Below, piece by piece: positions 59,955-64,000 of a stretch of 64,000 nt of DNA. The notes under the pieces were generated by a model. The model had not been told where the DNA came from. It was given only the letters and a program-made list of their open reading frames with translations, and made no database searches. Position 1 is the stretch's first letter, and every line of letters begins with the position of its first letter. The position numbers were made by a program, and so were the translations under genes. Source of the stretch: Candidatus Krumholzibacteriia bacterium (GTDB lineage: Bacteria > Krumholzibacteriota > Krumholzibacteriia > Krumholzibacteriales > Krumholzibacteriaceae); the NCBI GenBank assembly GCA_963836185.1, contig CAWIIQ010000001.1, forward strand, positions 2,112,001 through 2,176,000, written 5' to 3'.

Positions 59955-62048
59955 ATGAAACGCACGGTCATTACCATATCGATCTCGCTGCTGCTGGCGG
60001 CCGCCCTTCTTGCGGGGTGCGGAGGGCGCAGGACTGCATACGATTCACTCTACGCCGAACTCTCCGAGGACCTTTCCGGTTCCGATCCTTCCGTCCTTGC
60101 CGGGCGCAGGATCGTCATCGACCCGGGGCATGGCGGTGAATACAACGGCGCCATCGGAGCCGACAGCCTGAGTGAGGCCGAAGTCAATCTCGGCGTCGCA
60201 CTATACCTCTGGGGCCTGCTCGAGGAAGCGGGGGCCGAGGTCCACATGACGAGGTCGTCGGACAGGGACTTCCTTCCCGAGGGCTCTTCGGAACCCGGAG
60301 CCGACCTTGCCGCCCTGCTCAGGGACGACCTTGAGGCCCGGATCGAGAAGGCGAACGAATTCGAGCCGGAGGTATTCATCTCGATCCACCACAATTCGAA
60401 CATCGCTCTCGACCGTGAACGGAACGGTATCGAGATATACTACAGAGGCACCGATCACGGAGCCTCCCTCGAACTCGCCACCGATCTTCATACTCACCTG
60501 GCGAGAAACCTCGGCATATCTGTCACGACTATCAAAACGGGGAACTACTACGTCCTTCGAAACTCGAAGGCCGGCGCCGCAGCGCTGGGCGAGGCGAGCT
60601 ATCTTTCCAATCCGGGCGTGGAGGAAAAACTCAAGCTGTCGGCCAAGCAGAAGCTCGAGGCCGAGGCATATTTCCTCGGCCTGGTCGAATACTTCTCCAG
60701 GGGCGTCCCGGTGATAGAGATGACCGGGGCGGACACGGATACATTTACAGCGCCGGCGAGGCTCGAGTTCTTCGTCGAACCCGGCGCGGGAGTCCCTCTC
60801 GATCCGGCATCGTTCGAAGCGAGGATAAACGGGAAAAGGAGGGCCTGCTTCCAGCCTGAAGATGGCGGGAACCCCTTCTGCCGGATGCCGGCCTCGATGC
60901 CGAACGGGATATTCTCAGTCACCTTCTCGGCAGGAAGCGTCAAAGGGGCGACGGCGACATACGGGCCGAAGAAGATGCTGCTCGACCGTCCCTTGAGATT
61001 CTTCCTTCCGATGGCCCCGACAACGAGTTCTGACGGGTCGAAACGCCTCGAAGTGCTGGTACTCGATGCTGGGGGACGGCCGGTCTCCGACGGAAAGGCG
61101 ATATCCCTGGTCGGAGAGGATGGAAAGAACAGGAGCACCTCGTTTACGAAGAAGGGAATCGCCCACTTCATCAGCGGTACGGCAACCGGATCCTTTTTCG
61201 TTTCCTCTGGTACTTCCATCGACACACTGAGATTCGATGAAGGAGGAGCGGGATCGGTCCTTTATACAGTCGCGGTGAACGACCTTACCGACAGCCCGAT
61301 CCCTGGCGCGATCCTTCGTTTCGCCGATGGAAGTACGGCAGAGAGCAACAGGAAAGGACAGATCATCTCGGCGCCGGCGGAAACAGCCGGAGCCATCCTC
61401 TATGCGCCTGGATATGAACCGGCGCCAATCGGATCGATGGACTCGGAAGCCTACATGGATCGCGTCCTCTTCACGAGGATGACCCCTCTCTACGGAGGAG
61501 CCCTGCTCGGAAAGAAGGTCGTCATCGATCCCGCCGGAGGAGGCACGGACGACGCGGGCAGGGGCGCGGGAGCACTGCGCGGCGCCACTGTCAACCTGCG
61601 CCTCGCGAGAGGACTCGAAAAGCTGCTCACTGCAGCAGGGGCATCAGTCCTCTTAACGAGGGCGGGCGAGGAGCAGCTCTCAGATCAGAACAGGATATTC
61701 AGGGCAAACAGGGTCGGGGCACACATGGCGATCGGGCTTAGATTCGGAGGTGCTGAAGTTACGGACGCGGGATGCTCCGTCTACCACTATCCGGGCAGCG
61801 TCAAGGGAACAGCGTTCGCAGACAGCCTTGTCTCAAGCCTCTCCGGCATGCCTCCATGCGAATCGTTCGTCAAGGCCGGATCATCCGATCTCTTCCTCCA
61901 GCAGACGAACTGTCCGGCGGTATTGTTATCTGGCGGCTCGCTCTCCGATGCCGGGACCGAGAATATCCTCGGCTCACCAAAGTGGATCCGGCTTGAGTCG
62001 GAAGCGATCCTGAGAGCCCTTGCCGGATACTTCGGCGGCGGAGACTGA
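59955..62048 (+). CDS. N-acetylmuramoyl-L-alanine amidase lipoprotein with a second, degenerate Amidase_3 domain
   Basis: Lipobox LLAGC. Domain 1: IDPGHGG, EAEVN, ISIHHN, ALGEASY. Domain 2: VVIDPAGGG, VLLTR, CPAVLLSGG. GGAGGA RBS. Confidence 0.9.
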   Translation: MKRTVITISISLLLAAALLAGCGGRRTAYDSLYAELSEDLSGSDPSVLAGRRIVIDPGHGGEYNGAIGADSLSEAEVNLGVALYLWGLLEEAGAEVHMTRSSDRDFLPEGSSEPGADLAALLRDDLEARIEKANEFEPEVFISIHHNSNIALDRERNGIEIYYRGTDHGASLELATDLHTHLARNLGISVTTIKTGNYYVLRNSKAGAAALGEASYLSNPGVEEKLKLSAKQKLEAEAYFLGLVEYFSRGVPVIEMTGADTDTFTAPARLEFFVEPGAGVPLDPASFEARINGKRRACFQPEDGGNPFCRMPASMPNGIFSVTFSAGSVKGATATYGPKKMLLDRPLRFFLPMAPTTSSDGSKRLEVLVLDAGGRPVSDGKAISLVGEDGKNRSTSFTKKGIAHFISGTATGSFFVSSGTSIDTLRFDEGGAGSVLYTVAVNDLTDSPIPGAILRFADGSTAESNRKGQIISAPAETAGAILYAPGYEPAPIGSMDSEAYMDRVLFTRMTPLYGGALLGKKVVIDPAGGGTDDAGRGAGALRGATVNLRLARGLEKLLTAAGASVLLTRAGEEQLSDQNRIFRANRVGAHMAIGLRFGGAEVTDAGCSVYHYPGSVKGTAFADSLVSSLSGMPPCESFVKAGSSDLFLQQTNCPAVLLSGGSLSDAGTENILGSPKWIRLESEAILRALAGYFGGGD

Positions 62049-62121
62049 CCGCTCAGCCCTGCGCGCGTTTTACCCATCCTTGACCTTTTCGTCTTTCATC
62101 GCGATATTTACAGAGAACAAC

Positions 62122-62787
62122 ATGGTAGAGAAGATAAAACAATATGACCGCAAGTGGAGAAAGAGGCTGATCTACCTCCTTCCAGTCTCCATCCTTCTGC
62201 TCATCATCATAGTGCTGAGCGTTGAAAAGACCGGTATAGCAGACAGGATATTCAACGTCGGATATGAAGGCCCGATGGAGATCCTTCCCCAGATCACGAT
62301 CCTCGAAGACGCCGGTATAGAGGCGGAGATCTTCGAAAAGGAGAGGCACGACATGGTCGCTCGCGAGGTAGAGGTCTACAGCGAGGAGATCGAGGACGAG
62401 AACGAGGAAGCGGAGACATCGCTCTCCCCTAAGGAGGATCCCGAGGAACCGATATACGACGACTTTGAAGGATACGACCCGATCCGCACATACGAATCTC
62501 ACGCCTCCGTTCCCTACAGGGAAGACTACGTCATCAAGAAGATGATCGAGCCCGTCTATCCGTCGCAGGCGATGCTCCTCGGCCACGAAGGGTATGTGCT
62601 CGTAGAGGTCTACGTCAACGACGAGGGTTTCGTTCAGGAAGCCTGGGTAAGGAAGATCAAGGGGGACGAGAGTTTCGAGGAGGCCACCCTCGATGCGGTC
62701 AGGCAGTTCGAGTTCAGGCCCGTCATGGAAAGGGGAAAGCCTATATCGTTCTGGCTGAGTTTTCTGGTGAGATTCGAACTGAACTGA
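62122..62787 (+). CDS. tonB: TonB-family energy transducer
   Basis: N-terminal TM, acidic linker, TonB_C domain (EPVYPSQA...EGYVLVEVYVNDEG...FEEATLDAVRQFEFRP...RGKP). Confidence 0.85.
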   Translation: MVEKIKQYDRKWRKRLIYLLPVSILLLIIIVLSVEKTGIADRIFNVGYEGPMEILPQITILEDAGIEAEIFEKERHDMVAREVEVYSEEIEDENEEAETSLSPKEDPEEPIYDDFEGYDPIRTYESHASVPYREDYVIKKMIEPVYPSQAMLLGHEGYVLVEVYVNDEGFVQEAWVRKIKGDESFEEATLDAVRQFEFRPVMERGKPISFWLSFLVRFELN

Positions 62788-62792
62788 CCCGG

Positions 62793-64000
62793 TCAGCGGA
62801 CCGGTGCCGAAATGGTCACAAATTCCTCTACCTTTTCCCCCCTCACGATATTGAACCTGATCCCGTCACCGGACATCAATTCTATGAAGTTGTGCTGCTT
62901 CTCCATGAGCATCCTCTCCATCTCATCGCGCAGCGATTCTTCGGATGCGGAGGATGCAGCCATCGCCTCAAGCACCTTCCTCACCCCGTCGTATCCTCCC
63001 GTGACGAACCTGTTGATATCGCCCCCCTCGTACCCTGTCAGCACCGCCGCGGCCAGGTATCTCTCCTCGCTCGAACCAGATATGTCTTCGGCGGGGAAGA
63101 CAGCTCCCTCCAGGTCGCGGCCCGTCATCCTCAGGAGCTTGCTCGAGTTCCACGACGATGTGCCGAGCAACTGAACACCGAACTCATAGAATGAAAGCTG
63201 CGGAAGGATCAGAACGAGATCCTCGGAATCCGGCGGGAGGAAGAGCGCTTCAGGAACGGCATCCCTTATCCTCTCGATATCGTATCTGAAATCGGTGCTG
63301 CCCGGCTCATAGAAGTCCGCGATGCAGAGCGTCCCTCCGAGCCCCTCGACCTCGAGCCTCAGAAGCTCGGCGAGAGAATGCCATCTCGGTGAATCCTCGG
63401 CCATGAAGGCGATCCTGCGTATGCCCATCTCGAGGATGGCCACTCTCGCTACGGCAGCTATCTCCGTCTCGTAATCCTGCGAATGCTGGAATATATACGG
63501 GCCTATCCCCGTTATCCCCTCCTCCGACGCCACGGGAGAGTAGAGGACCGTTCCGGCATACTCCGCAGCCTGCGCCGCGGCTATCGTCGTAGAACTGAGA
63601 ACGCCCCCTACGATAGCGTCTACATTCTCCTCCTCTATCAGGACGACAGCGGCACTTCTCGCATCGAGCGCGTTAGACCGCGTATCTCCTACGACCAGTT
63701 CCACTCCGGTCACGCCGTACTCTCTCGCCTCGCGTATCGCTATGGTCGCGCCGCGCAGAAATTCCCTGCCCAGAGGTGCGAACCTGCCGCTCAGGGGGCA
63801 GAGCAGTCCTATCGAACCGGCAGCCTCGCCAGCGCCCGGATCTCTCGGCCTTACTGCTCCCGGTGCGACCGTCCTTCCCGGGATAGGCGCGATCGTCGTC
63901 TCCATCGTGTCGAGCTCCGCGATGTGCGACCTGATCTCCCTCACAGAAGCTGTATCTCCGGCCGCCTCGGCTATCAGGAGCGAACCTTCGTATACAAGCT
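62793..64000 (-). CDS. LppC/LpoA-like or branched-chain-amino-acid-binding-fold periplasmic protein; 5' end outside the window
   Basis: IGLLCPLSGRFAPLG, AIVGGVLS, FYEPGSTDF, LILPQLSFY, LLGTSSW; the frame is open to the window edge. Confidence 0.8.
   Translation of the reverse strand, partial: LVYEGSLLIAEAAGDTASVREIRSHIAELDTMETTIAPIPGRTVAPGAVRPRDPGAGEAAGSIGLLCPLSGRFAPLGREFLRGATIAIREAREYGVTGVELVVGDTRSNALDARSAAVVLIEEENVDAIVGGVLSSTTIAAAQAAEYAGTVLYSPVASEEGITGIGPYIFQHSQDYETEIAAVARVAILEMGIRRIAFMAEDSPRWHSLAELLRLEVEGLGGTLCIADFYEPGSTDFRYDIERIRDAVPEALFLPPDSEDLVLILPQLSFYEFGVQLLGTSSWNSSKLLRMTGRDLEGAVFPAEDISGSSEERYLAAAVLTGYEGGDINRFVTGGYDGVRKVLEAMAASSASEESLRDEMERMLMEKQHNFIELMSGDGIRFNIVRGEKVEEFVTISAPVR

Noticed and set aside
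58296-59955. tRNA-Sec or a UGA-recoded selenoprotein near selA
   Set aside because: No tRNA-like fold in the intergenic gaps and no gene evidently interrupted by an in-frame TGA at a Cys position.

Overview
GC-rich diderm bacterial chromosome segment. The gene content (T9SS-type C-terminal domain, DUF2723, YfhO, TonB) suggests an FCB-group lineage such as Krumholzibacteriota/Latescibacterota; this is inference. Almost everything from 1 to 59.7 kb lies on the minus strand. In transcription order: selA, a degenerate-ATPase/SPOR membrane protein, smc and ftsY; an FMN riboswitch with ribD-ribE-ribBA-ribH-nusB; a ~27 kb envelope glycosylation locus; then the dcw cluster. The glycosylation locus has four GT-C-type membrane glycosyltransferases (including two tandem DUF2723/TMEM260-like paralogues), two polyprenyl-phosphate sugar synthases, two flippase-like proteins, methyl/acyl-transferases and a PorZ-like protein. 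The dcw cluster reads mraZ-STAS-rsmH-ftsL-ftsI-murE-murF-mraY-murD-ftsW-murG-murC-ftsQ-ftsA-ftsZ, followed by a TPR gene and a radical SAM gene. The right end holds a two-domain amidase lipoprotein and tonB on the plus strand and a truncated LppC/LpoA-like gene on the minus strand. Many genes between 5.6 and 33 kb carry single-base frameshifts that look like sequencing errors. The best leads are: (i) a candidate bacterial protein O-mannosylation / T9SS-linked glycan system whose two TMEM260-like genes share nucleotide-identical membrane domains but have diverged TPR ends; (ii) tandem NrdR-box-like operators over the selA-smc promoter; (iii) non-canonical dcw members and an FtsN-like protein with a dead ParA/Wzc-type domain. 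No rRNA, tRNA, CRISPR array or mobile element was recognised.
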